Below the pieces are notes generated by a model. That model saw only the letters and a program-made list of their open reading frames with translations, was not told where the DNA came from and did no database searches. A stretch of 32,000 bases of DNA from Nostoc sp. (lineage in GTDB: Bacteria > Cyanobacteriota > Cyanobacteriia > Cyanobacteriales > Nostocaceae), in NCBI GenBank assembly GCA_036918135.1, contig JBALDB010000024.1:1-32000 (forward strand), in the 5' to 3' direction. This document shows, piece by piece, positions 18,450-28,098 of the stretch. The position numbers and the translations under genes are program-made. The stretch's first letter is position 1. Every line of letters begins with the position of its first letter.

Positions 18450-20621
18450 ATGTCTCTAACTTCTCACGTAATTTCTTCTTCTTTAGGTATTTCTAACCTA
18501 GATTTAAAAAGTCTTTTGATACTTTTATATAAATTGGTAAAACTTAGTAAAGCCTCATTGCAGTATATGCAATATGAATACAATTATAATTGTATTCCTC
18601 CTCTAGCTATGACAGGGGCCCTTCCATTACCAGTAATTAAAATACAACTACCGATTCAAGAGTTACCTAATTTAAAATGGGTACTTTTGGTAGCTCAAAA
18701 GATAACATTAATTTTGGTAAATGATACTCTAATTAACTTTTCAAATTTACTAAAATCTGATGTTTCTTACGGACTTGATGATGAGAATAATACTTCAGGT
18801 ATTGACATTAAGGTACAAGTGTTAGAAAATTTTGAGCAAAATATTCAAAATGCTGAAAGTTACGAAGAACTAGAACTTGCTGCTTTAAATCTAGCCTCAT
18901 TAACTCAAGATATTACTAAAGAAATTGTTGACAATGATACATCTGATATGGTTTCATTTGACACAGATGAAATGTCTGAATTTGAGGAAGAAATTAGTCG
19001 GATTGATGAAGAATTTGAATTATATGAATTTCAGAAAGATTCAGGAGATGTAGAATTTTTATCATCATTTAGTTTAGAAGATTCGTTCACAGATTTGTTA
19101 AGCTCTGCTTTTCAAAAAATCTTGAAATCTGATGCGAAATTATTAGAATTAAAAACCACTCAACCCTTGTCGATAGAAGTAGATTTCTCTCCACAATCAT
19201 CTCCAATGACACCAAGTCTTGAAGACTATAAGAAACTATTTAGAAAAATACCCGTACCAGAGATTAGCTCTAGATTTCAAGAAAATTCAATTTTTGGCTA
19301 TATGCAGGTTGCTGGGCCAAATCCGCTGATGCTGCAACAAGTATCAGAACAGGAGAAACCTTTACAAATTAGCAACGAACAATACCAAAAAATTATCGGT
19401 ATTCCCAATGATTCTCTGGAAGCTGCAAGACAAGAAGGTCGGCTTTATAAAGCTGATTATTCTAAATTAAAAAATATGAAAAGTGGTAGTTTTCAGAATC
19501 AACAAAAGTATATTTACTCGCCTTTAGCATTATTTGTAGTACCACCAGCCGGCAACCCATCTCGGTCTTTGGTACCACTGGCTATTCAATGTCAGCCTGA
19601 ATACCCAGTCTTTACACCTCTCGATCGCGAAAACTGGCTGGTAGCCAAAAGCATTGTGCAAATGGCGGATAGCAACTACCATGAACTGGTTAGCCATCTT
19701 GGTCGCACTCACTTATTTATCGAACCTTTTGTAATTGCTACTAAGCGGCGATTACCAGCAAATCATCATTTAAGGATTTTACTAGAACCTCACTTTGAGG
19801 GAACTATATTAATCAATTATGGCGCTCATAAAATTTTGATTGCCGATGGGCGTGAAGTAGATGCAATTTTAGCTAGTACAATTGAGAGCGATCGCCAGCT
19901 CACTGTTCAAGCTGCCCAAGATTATCTGCATCATTTTAACGATGCAATGTTTCCCAACACTCTAACAAATCGCGGTGTTGACAGAGTTTCTCAGCTACCT
20001 GAATATCCTTATCGAGATGACGGACTGCTGATTTGGAATGCTATTCATCAATGGGTGCGTGCATATTTGAGTAGTTATTACACCATTGGACAACAGCTAC
20101 TAGCAGACCAAGCTTTACAAAATTGGGCAAAGGAATTAATTTCCGAACAAGGAGGTCGCCTCCAGAATTTTGGTGAAGATGCTTCAGGCACAATTAAAAC
20201 GCTAGATTATCTAGTTGACGCTGTATCTACAATCATTTTTACTGCTAGCGCCCAACACGCTGCGGTTAATTTTCCCCAAAGTGAACTCATGACCTATGCA
20301 CCAGCTTTTCCTCTAGCTAGTTACTCCCCAGCGCCGACAAATCCTCACCAGCCAGCGGACTTGATGAATATGCTACCTTCCTTAGAACAAGCCCAAACTC
20401 AACTTAAAGTATGTTATTTACTTGGTTCAGTTTACTATACACGGCTAGGGCAATACTCCAACTCATACTTTAAATCGAAGCCCCAAATAAGTTCAGCCCT
20501 ACAGACTTTTCATAAGCAACTTGAAACTATTGAGAAAGAAATTACTCAAAGGAATCGTACAAGAATCATGCCTTATAAATTCTTGCTACCTTCCCAAATT
20601 CCACAAAGTATAAATATCTAG
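18450..20621 (+). CDS. Lipoxygenase with an acidic N-terminal insertion
   Basis: QVAGPNP, Fe ligands HELVSHLGRTH and AQHAAVNF, YPYRDDG, C-terminal PQSINI; AGGAG RBS. Confidence 0.95.
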   Translation: MSLTSHVISSSLGISNLDLKSLLILLYKLVKLSKASLQYMQYEYNYNCIPPLAMTGALPLPVIKIQLPIQELPNLKWVLLVAQKITLILVNDTLINFSNLLKSDVSYGLDDENNTSGIDIKVQVLENFEQNIQNAESYEELELAALNLASLTQDITKEIVDNDTSDMVSFDTDEMSEFEEEISRIDEEFELYEFQKDSGDVEFLSSFSLEDSFTDLLSSAFQKILKSDAKLLELKTTQPLSIEVDFSPQSSPMTPSLEDYKKLFRKIPVPEISSRFQENSIFGYMQVAGPNPLMLQQVSEQEKPLQISNEQYQKIIGIPNDSLEAARQEGRLYKADYSKLKNMKSGSFQNQQKYIYSPLALFVVPPAGNPSRSLVPLAIQCQPEYPVFTPLDRENWLVAKSIVQMADSNYHELVSHLGRTHLFIEPFVIATKRRLPANHHLRILLEPHFEGTILINYGAHKILIADGREVDAILASTIESDRQLTVQAAQDYLHHFNDAMFPNTLTNRGVDRVSQLPEYPYRDDGLLIWNAIHQWVRAYLSSYYTIGQQLLADQALQNWAKELISEQGGRLQNFGEDASGTIKTLDYLVDAVSTIIFTASAQHAAVNFPQSELMTYAPAFPLASYSPAPTNPHQPADLMNMLPSLEQAQTQLKVCYLLGSVYYTRLGQYSNSYFKSKPQISSALQTFHKQLETIEKEITQRNRTRIMPYKFLLPSQIPQSINI

Positions 20622-20650
20622 TTCGACTTTATCAATTCAGTTGAGTAAGT

Positions 20651-20680
20651 GTAGGGTGGGCAAAACTTTGCTCACCCTAC
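20651..20680. terminator. GTAG-type REP-like hairpin between convergent genes
   Basis: GTAGGGTGGGCAAA-AC-TTTGCTCACCCTAC. Confidence 0.7.
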
Positions 20681-20682
20681 AA

Positions 20683-21228
20683 CTAATTTACACCTCGCAG
20701 CTTGCGAGTGTTATCAACCAAACTCTGGGCAAATTGGTCAAATCTTTGGGAAAGTTTCTCATCTAATAACTTGCCTTCAGGACTGAAAGCACCCCAAGCT
20801 TGTCCGATCGCAATTTGTTCTGGAATTACCCAACCATGTACCCAACGGACGATTAATCTTAGGTCATTCAAAGCGTTACTATTAGACTGACCACCCAAGA
20901 CACTAATTAGTCCTGTTACTTTATCCGACAGTTGGTCAAAGCTCATCAAATCTAAGGCATTTTTGAGAACACCACTCACGCCACCATGATACTCAGGTGT
21001 CGCTAAAATTAGCCCATGAGCATTACTAACTGTATCTTGCAACCGCTTCACATCTGGATATTCTGGATACTCCTTTCCACCATGACAAAATGGTAGCTGC
21101 AAGTTCCGTAAATCGAGAATCTCAACCTCTGCACCTAAAGCTTCTACTCTTTGCATTGCAACTTCCAAAGCCACCTGAGTATAGGAATTAGCTCTCAAAC
21201 TACCGCCAATGCCAACAATTCTCACCAT
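20683..21228 (-). CDS. NADPH-dependent FMN reductase
   Basis: IVGIGGSLRANS, ATPEYHGGVSGVLKNALD. Confidence 0.93.
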   Translation of the reverse strand: MVRIVGIGGSLRANSYTQVALEVAMQRVEALGAEVEILDLRNLQLPFCHGGKEYPEYPDVKRLQDTVSNAHGLILATPEYHGGVSGVLKNALDLMSFDQLSDKVTGLISVLGGQSNSNALNDLRLIVRWVHGWVIPEQIAIGQAWGAFSPEGKLLDEKLSQRFDQFAQSLVDNTRKLRGVN

Positions 21229-21347
21229 AATTAACTCACAAATTACTAATTAATCACTATCACTCACAAAAATTGTTGAGAAGTGAAGTCGTTATGACTA
21301 TGTTTATTTTAACGATTTGTGTCGGAATATGTCAAATTGATATCGAA

Positions 21348-21513
21348 GGGAGTGGGGATGAGGGAGATGGGGAAGTGTGGGAAGTGTGGGGAGTGTGGGG
21401 AGAGAGGGGGGCAAGATTTCTTCTCCATCCTCCCACACCTCCTTTTCCTCCCACACCTCCCTATCTCCCTGTTTGCCCAATACCTAATCCGCAGTCCCTA
21501 GTCCCCAGTCCCT
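21348..21513. repeat. Short tandem repeat tract (GGGAAGTGT-type 9-mers, inverted CCCACACCT copies, CCCCAGT heptamers)
   Basis: A G-rich block at 21348-21411 is followed by a complementary C-rich block at 21420-21470, then CAGTCCCTAGTCCCCAGTCCC. Confidence 0.8.
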
Positions 21514-21628
21514 TGTCCTGAAGTTAAACTAGATAAGAAAACCGTAATTTCCAGTTATGGAATTTTTGTTAAAAGAATAGGCATAAAACCATAGCTCAAC
21601 TTCTGCCAGCAGACAAAGGGTAATTATT

Positions 21629-23518
21629 ATGACAAATTTGCAAAAAAAAGCGTTGCTCAAACAGGGGTCATCAAAGCGTGTTGCTTGGATTGGTGGGCTA
21701 GCAGCTAGTTTGATTATGTTGCCAGGAATTTTTGGAAGTACTCCTGTTTTGGCACAAAAAGCAGATAACAACTCTCTAAATTATGGCGAGTTGATTGAGA
21801 AAGTGAAGGCTGGAGAAGTTCAAAAAGTTGAGCTTGACGAAACTGAACAGATAGCAAGAGTTTATCTTAAGGGTCAAAAACAGAATACACCACCACAACA
21901 GGTGAGACTTTTAGCGCAAAACACGGAGTTAATTAACACCCTCAAAACTAAGAATGTTGATTTTGGCGAAATTTCTTCTGCCAACAGTCGGGCTGCTGTT
22001 GGGTTGTTGATTAATCTGATGTGGATTTTACCACTAGTAGCTTTAATGCTATTGTTCCTCCGTCGTTCTACTAATGCTTCTAGTCAGGCGATGAATTTTG
22101 GCAAATCCAAAGCTCGCTTCCAAATGGAGGCAAAAACTGGTGTAAAATTTGAAGATGTCGCTGGAGTTGAAGAAGCAAAAGAAGAACTGCAAGAAGTTGT
22201 TACCTTCCTCAAACAGCCAGAAAGATTTACTGCTGTGGGCGCACGTATTCCCAAAGGAGTGCTATTAATTGGCCCTCCTGGTACAGGTAAAACTTTACTA
22301 GCAAAAGCGATCGCTGGTGAAGCAGGTGTACCATTCTTCAGCATTTCCGGCTCGGAATTTGTGGAAATGTTCGTGGGTGTAGGTGCATCCCGCGTGCGCG
22401 ACTTGTTTAAAAAAGCTAAAGACAATGCACCTTGCCTGATATTTATTGATGAAATCGACGCTGTAGGTAGACAACGGGGTGCTGGTATCGGTGGCGGTAA
22501 CGATGAGCGAGAACAAACTCTTAATCAACTACTCACCGAAATGGATGGTTTTGAAGGTAACACAGGCATCATTATTATTGCTGCCACTAACCGTCCAGAT
22601 GTATTAGATGCAGCATTACTCAGACCGGGACGCTTTGACAGACAAGTGATGGTGGATGCACCAGACCTCAAAGGGCGGCTGGAAATTTTGCAAGTCCACG
22701 CGCGCAATAAGAAGATAGATCCTAGCGTATCATTAGAAGCGATCGCTCGTCGTACTCCTGGTTTTACTGGCGCAGACTTAGCCAACTTACTCAACGAAGC
22801 TGCGATTCTCACAGCTAGAAGGCGCAAAGAGGCTGTCACTCTCTTAGAAATTGATGCTGCTGTGGATAGGGTAGTTGCAGGTATGGAAGGTACCGCTTTG
22901 GTAGACAGCAAGAGCAAGCGCTTAATTGCTTACCATGAAGTTGGACATGCCTTAGTAGGCACATTGCTCAAAGACCACGACCCCGTACAAAAAGTCACAC
23001 TCATTCCACGGGGACAAGCACTGGGATTAACTTGGTTTACTCCTAATGAAGAACAAGGATTAATTTCGCGTTCGCAACTCAAAGCACGCATCACCGCTAC
23101 TTTAGGTGGTCGGGCTGCCGAGGAAGTTGTCTTTGGTAAACCAGAAGTGACAACAGGTGCAGGAGATGACCTGCAAAAGGTAACAGGAATGGCACGCCAG
23201 ATGGTCACACGATTTGGAATGTCAGAATTAGGTCCATTGTCCCTAGAAAATCAAAGTGGAGAAGTATTTTTGGGACGTGACTGGATGAATAAATCAGAAT
23301 ATTCTGAGGAAATTGCTGCCAAAATTGATTCGCAAGTCCGTGAAATTGTCAACAATTCCTATATCAAAGCAAAAGAACTGTTAGAAGAAAACCGCATAGT
23401 TTTAGAGCGTTTAGTAGATTTGTTAGCTGAACAGGAGACAATCGAAGGCGAATTATTCCGTAAAATTGTTGCCGATCGTGCTCAAGTAGTTGATGAAAAG
23501 TTGGCTGTATCTCATTAA
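21629..23518 (+). CDS. ftsH: ATP-dependent zinc metalloprotease FtsH
   Basis: Two TMs, [30 protein letters not shown], Zn motif HEVGH. Confidence 0.97.
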   Translation: MTNLQKKALLKQGSSKRVAWIGGLAASLIMLPGIFGSTPVLAQKADNNSLNYGELIEKVKAGEVQKVELDETEQIARVYLKGQKQNTPPQQVRLLAQNTELINTLKTKNVDFGEISSANSRAAVGLLINLMWILPLVALMLLFLRRSTNASSQAMNFGKSKARFQMEAKTGVKFEDVAGVEEAKEELQEVVTFLKQPERFTAVGARIPKGVLLIGPPGTGKTLLAKAIAGEAGVPFFSISGSEFVEMFVGVGASRVRDLFKKAKDNAPCLIFIDEIDAVGRQRGAGIGGGNDEREQTLNQLLTEMDGFEGNTGIIIIAATNRPDVLDAALLRPGRFDRQVMVDAPDLKGRLEILQVHARNKKIDPSVSLEAIARRTPGFTGADLANLLNEAAILTARRRKEAVTLLEIDAAVDRVVAGMEGTALVDSKSKRLIAYHEVGHALVGTLLKDHDPVQKVTLIPRGQALGLTWFTPNEEQGLISRSQLKARITATLGGRAAEEVVFGKPEVTTGAGDDLQKVTGMARQMVTRFGMSELGPLSLENQSGEVFLGRDWMNKSEYSEEIAAKIDSQVREIVNNSYIKAKELLEENRIVLERLVDLLAEQETIEGELFRKIVADRAQVVDEKLAVSH

Positions 23519-23684
23519 GAGATTAGTCAATAATTGCTAGTCAATAGTTGGGATTTGTCAACTCTTGACTAGTAAAATATAAGATTGAACCTAGAAAAAC
23601 TAAAATTACCCAATTTAGAGAAATTTCCTTTCATTAAAAGAAAAAAGAGAGATATCTAGGTAAAAATTATTTTATAAATTTAAA

Positions 23685-23758
23685 GTAGGGTATGTTGTGG
23701 CGCAGCGCAACGCACCTTTAATAGTTAAAGGTGTGTTATACGGCATAATATACCCTAT
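23685..23758. repeat. REP-like inverted doublet
   Basis: GTAGGGTAT...ATACCCTAT encloses the stem ACGCACCTTTAA-TAG-TTAAAGGTGTGT. Confidence 0.55.
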
Positions 23759-23994
23759 AAACTACTGGCTGAAATTCCGAAGATGTATAGCAGGAGGCAG
23801 TTCGCATAGCGTGTCGAAGACAAGGCAGTTCTTGCTGGAGGCAGCAGGTAAAACATTACTATTCCTGACATCTAGACTTTCAAGATGTCCTAACCTTTAA
23901 TTCGCTTACTATAAAGAGATTTTAACTACAATTGATTAGCTGAATATAATATTACAATTAATGCGAAATACTCCAGGTTTTTGTTAATAAATTT

Positions 23995-25260
23995 ATGAAA
24001 AATGAAACAACCTCCCCTTGGACTTTCATTCCCACTTTATATTTCACCTCCGGTATACCTTACATCATCATCAACACCGTTTCTGTAATATTTTATAAAA
24101 AACTCGGAATAGATAATGCTCAAATTGCCTTATGGACAAGTTTTCTCTATCTACCTTGGGTCATCAAAATGTTTTGGGGGCCAATTGTTGATATTTACTC
24201 TACCAAACGCAAATGGATAATTTACACTCAATTAGCCATGTTCATCTGTTTAGGTTTGGTAGCTTTTTGTTTACAACTACCAAACTTCTTCTTCATCTCT
24301 CTAACAGTATTAACAATTGGAGCCTTTATTTCTGCAACTTATGATATTGCCACAGATGGTTTTTATTTGCTAGCTTTATCTCCAGAACAACAAGCCTTTT
24401 TTGTTGGTATCCGCTCACTATTTTATAGACTTGCTGTCATCTTCGGCTCTGGAATATTAGTAGTCATAGCAGGTCAGCTTGAAGTATCTCTTAACAATAT
24501 TCCTCTGGGCTGGACGCTAGCTATTGGCTTCTCAGCGTTAATTTTAGCAATTTTGTTTGTTTTCCATCGCCTAATATTACCCCTGCCTGAATCAGATAGT
24601 CAACGACATCTACAAGCAACAGAAAAGATAGATTTTTGGAAAATTATTAGTTTATATTTTGCTCAAAATAAAATTATAAATATTATAGCTTTTATTTTGC
24701 TATACAGATTTGGTGAAGCAATGCTTGTGAAGATAGCTTCTTTATTTTTGTTAGACAAACCAGAAGTAGGAGGCTTGGGTTTATCAACATCAGAGGTTGG
24801 ATTAGCTTACGGAACATTAGGTGTAATTTCTCTAATTTTTGGAGGAATATTAGGAGGCTTGGTAATATCCAAATATGGCTTAAAAAAATGTCTTTTACCT
24901 ATGGCTTTAGCCTTAAATCTACCTGATATTTTTTATGTATATATGGCTTATATCCAACCTCCATTGATATTAGTATATCCCTTAGTTTCCCTAGAGCAAT
25001 TTGGATATGGTTTTGGGTTTACAGCTTTTAGTGTTTATTTAATGTATATTTGCCAAGGAGAATATAAGACTTCCCATTTTGCCATATCTACTGGCATTAT
25101 GGCTTTAGGCATGATGTTACCCGGATTAATTAGCGGTTATCTGCAAAAAGCACTTGGCTATCCACTATTTTTTATCTTAGTCTGTTTGCTAACCATTCCT
25201 GGAATGATTGCTCTGTTTTTTATACCTTTAAAATCAGAATCGAAACTTAAGATTAATTAA
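23995..25260 (+). CDS. AmpG-family muropeptide MFS permease
   Basis: LYFTSGIPY, YLPWVIKMFWGPIVD...KRKWI, SATYDIATDG. Confidence 0.85.
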   Translation: MKNETTSPWTFIPTLYFTSGIPYIIINTVSVIFYKKLGIDNAQIALWTSFLYLPWVIKMFWGPIVDIYSTKRKWIIYTQLAMFICLGLVAFCLQLPNFFFISLTVLTIGAFISATYDIATDGFYLLALSPEQQAFFVGIRSLFYRLAVIFGSGILVVIAGQLEVSLNNIPLGWTLAIGFSALILAILFVFHRLILPLPESDSQRHLQATEKIDFWKIISLYFAQNKIINIIAFILLYRFGEAMLVKIASLFLLDKPEVGGLGLSTSEVGLAYGTLGVISLIFGGILGGLVISKYGLKKCLLPMALALNLPDIFYVYMAYIQPPLILVYPLVSLEQFGYGFGFTAFSVYLMYICQGEYKTSHFAISTGIMALGMMLPGLISGYLQKALGYPLFFILVCLLTIPGMIALFFIPLKSESKLKIN

Positions 25261-25274
25261 CGCTTTTAGATGTT

Positions 25275-26234
25275 ATGCGTTATGTTTTGGGAATAGATGG
25301 CGGCGGTAGTAAAACTGTCTGTGTGTTGATGGATGATTCGCGCCAAGTGGTAGGATGCGGTGAAGCTGGGGCATCTAACTATCAGACTATGGGTATTGAA
25401 GCCACTCTCAAATCAATTCAATCTGCAATTTTCAATGCAGTCAATCAGGTAGCACTAATTCCAAATACTATTACCATTAAAGGAATATGTCTGGGTTTAG
25501 CAGGTGTAGGGCGTCTCTCAGATATCGAAGTAGTAAAAAATTTAGTTCAAGAATTGCAGAATAGCAAATTACCTATTGCTTGGGCATTACAGCCAGCGAA
25601 TATTGTAATTTGTAACGATGCATTGATTGCTTTAGTTGGTGGAATTGGTGATGATGTAGGAATTGTGGTTGCAGTAGGTACTGGTTCTATAGTTTTTGGG
25701 CGAAATCATCAGGGAAGTACCAAGCGAGTAGGCGGCTGGGGCTATATTTTAGGAGATGAAGGTAGTGCTTATAAAATTGCTGTTGCTGGGATGAATGCAG
25801 CATTAAAATCCTATGATGGCCGGGAGATGCCAACCAGTTTAGTAGAGGCTTTTAAACAGCATCTTGGCTTGAATAATATAGAAGACTTAATAGAAGTAAT
25901 ATATCGGCGAAAATGGGAAGTAAAACAGATAGCTGCTTTAGCGCCAATTGTCGATTTAGCAGCAGCTTCAGGTGATGAAGTAGCAAATAATATAATTGAT
26001 GATGCTGTCAAAGAGTTGGTAAAAGCTACATCCACAGTAATTAATACAATTTTTAGCCGTGACTCAGTTTTGGAAGTAGTCACAGCAGGAAGTGTGTGGA
26101 GGGGGAGATCCAAAATACACCAGAGATTTGCAATATGTATTATTAATAAGTTTCCTTCTATTAAAGTAATTTATCCAAGGCATGAACCTGCTTATGGTGC
26201 TGGTTTGTTGGCATTGCAGACAACTCAAATTTGA
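25275..26234 (+). CDS. BadF/BadG/BcrA/BcrD-family N-acetylglucosamine (or MurNAc) kinase
   Basis: LGIDGGGSKT, CNDA, GTGS, GGWGYILGDEGSA; starts 14 bp after the AmpG-like gene. Confidence 0.88.
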   Translation: MRYVLGIDGGGSKTVCVLMDDSRQVVGCGEAGASNYQTMGIEATLKSIQSAIFNAVNQVALIPNTITIKGICLGLAGVGRLSDIEVVKNLVQELQNSKLPIAWALQPANIVICNDALIALVGGIGDDVGIVVAVGTGSIVFGRNHQGSTKRVGGWGYILGDEGSAYKIAVAGMNAALKSYDGREMPTSLVEAFKQHLGLNNIEDLIEVIYRRKWEVKQIAALAPIVDLAAASGDEVANNIIDDAVKELVKATSTVINTIFSRDSVLEVVTAGSVWRGRSKIHQRFAICIINKFPSIKVIYPRHEPAYGAGLLALQTTQI

Positions 26235-26289
26235 TGGACTACTAACTGTCAAATTAAGAAAGCAATAATAAAAGTTTTTAGTCTGCAAA

Positions 26290-26441
26290 TATGCGCTCCA
26301 AGAAAGTTACTATTTCAGACCAAGCAGAGGTGGTTGCACTAGAATCATAACGATAACCGTCATCGCGCATAAATGTATGTTCTGCTTCACTCTAGTAACC
26401 TGTGAAAGATTTTAAAACCCCACTAAACTAAAGTGGGGTTT
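26290..26441 (-). ncRNA. Candidate structured RNA in the 3' non-coding end of the IS110-family gene (bridge/seek RNA-like)
   Basis: Hairpin at 26415-26441, then nested stems 26306-12/26393-99, 26322-28/26381-87 and 26351-65 enclosing a large internal loop. Confidence 0.35.
26415..26441 (-). terminator. 10-bp stem-loop downstream of the IS110-family gene
   Basis: AAACCCCACT-AAACTAA-AGTGGGGTTT. Confidence 0.6.
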
Positions 26442-26462
26442 AGCATCAAGTATTCACGTTCG

Positions 26463-27789
26463 TTAATTAGCGATCGCCGCCACTAACTCATCAAACAGCA
26501 GGTTAGCCACCTTCGCCATTAACTTCCCTTGCAAATGCTTACCGTTGAGCAGTTGCTTGCCAGAGTTATCAGTGATGGCTTTGAGATCGCTTTTAGTATC
26601 CAAAACAGCGACGGTGGTATCGTTTGTTGGCAGCTTGTCAGTTTCAACCTGGCACAAGACATACTGCCAGAATGACATCCGACACAATGCCGAGCCGCTG
26701 GGTTTCTCAACCAAATCATCACCGGACTGCTCCAGCACAGTACCCATACCCAAGCAAAGCATCCCTTGAACGGTTACGCTTGACCCGCTTGACATCACCA
26801 GGGGAACGTTTGACAACAGTCTGACCATCGCGGCGTTGTTTCTCTACTCGCTTGACTTCCCTGACCTCATACTCAATTAGCGGTTTGCCATTGAATAGGA
26901 AGGCCTCAAACGGATAAATCCGACCGAGTAACCGGGCGCGAACCCGCAAACCGAACCCGAATGAGTCAAAGATGCGGTTGTAGGTGGTGAAACACTCATC
27001 AGCTAATAGCTTTTGAATTGCATTCTCAATGCGCTGTTCCTCTAAGGCAATGTCGCATAACCAATCAGCGTGTTGTTGCAAGATTGGGTCTATGGTAATG
27101 CCGTAACTGGTGGCAACTGACGACTGATGCCTTTTCTCCATTGATTTCCAAGCCTGGGGAGATACTTCAAGCTGGCGTTGGGCAAGCCAACCCCACAATG
27201 GCGGAACGTTGCCCAATTTAGTATTTTTAGACCGAACATGAGCCACTTCTGGGAACTGCCACGCCAACAGCTGACGAGCATAATTGACAATTGGGCTTTG
27301 CACCCGGTTGAGATGTTCGAGCTGTTGGCACAGTTCCCGCAGATGGTCAATTGCTTGTGGACGGTGCATCAGGAAATATCTGGTGTTTAGTTCCCCGTCT
27401 TCGGTGTGGTGTTCGACATCGAGGGGGTAAGCAGCCATCGCCAAAGCATCAGCAGCATCACTTTTATTCGGTAGATTTTTACCGCCACGGTAACGCCGTA
27501 ACTCTATGTGACCTACCCAAAGGATTTTAATACCCAAGCTTTCAATTATTTTTGCCCAAATCCGAGAATAATGATTACCAGTTGGTTCCAAAATAGCAAT
27601 ATCCGGTTGATGTTCTTTAACAAAATCAGCAAAGTCAAATGCTGATTTTTGTTTCTTTCTTGGGTCAGGGTTACTGTAGAAAACTGGGTAAAAGCTTGAT
27701 GCTTTATTTCTAGTTTTCTCCCAGTATGTCTTTAGTCCTCCTTTGGGATAAGATGAGAAAACATGGACTGTGACACTGGATTTAGAAAC
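26463..27789 (-). pseudogene. IS110-family (DEDD/RuvC-like plus Tnp serine) recombinase pseudogene
   Basis: The frame is open from 27789 (VSKSSVTVH; the first Asp and start are lost) through ILEPTG and NKSDAADALAMA. A frameshift at about 26750-26760 precedes LGMGTVLEQSG, which carries the catalytic-type SG. Confidence 0.8.
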
Positions 27790-27859
27790 TCAACTGATAC
27801 CTGTTTTTGTACAAGCATTCGCTGTATGTCATGCTGTCTGAGTGCTTGCTCAAATACAG

Positions 27860-28018
27860 CTAAATTGGCCTCATCTGCAACGGGAATTCTAGCGACTTCT
27901 CCACGTGGGGTTTGGCGAATCGCATCTTTGATAATCTCTTTACCGCGGCCATATTTATCCAGCCAGAAGTAGGCGTTTTGCAGGTAAACACAGATGGTGC
28001 ATTAACTATGGTGTGCAT
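27860..28018 (-). CDS. Small hypothetical protein or chimeric remnant (52 aa, MHTIVNAPSVFTCKTP...)
   Basis: ATG follows a HIP1-bounded hairpin; overlaps a second start-less open frame. Confidence 0.3.
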   Translation of the reverse strand: MHTIVNAPSVFTCKTPTSGWINMAAVKRLSKMRFAKPHVEKSLEFPLQMRPI

Positions 28019-28098
28019 TTTGGTAAACTAATGCTGGTGTAATTTGAATTGCGATCGCTAAGCTTGTGAGAGAGAAGTGCGATCGCTAAAAAATCTGA

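Noticed and set aside
21273..21771. ORFs 21273..21521, 21319..21501 and 21529..21771
   Set aside because: Translations of tandem-repeat DNA or antisense to ftsH.
23786..23912. Possible IS630-type MITE (GTCCTAACC...CTATA end resembling 548-574)
   Set aside because: Only one end matches well; too degenerate to call.
11782..26288. Short antisense or alternate-frame ORFs inside the protease, STAND, LOX, FMN reductase, ftsH and kinase genes
   Set aside because: Overlap confident genes; typical shadow ORFs.
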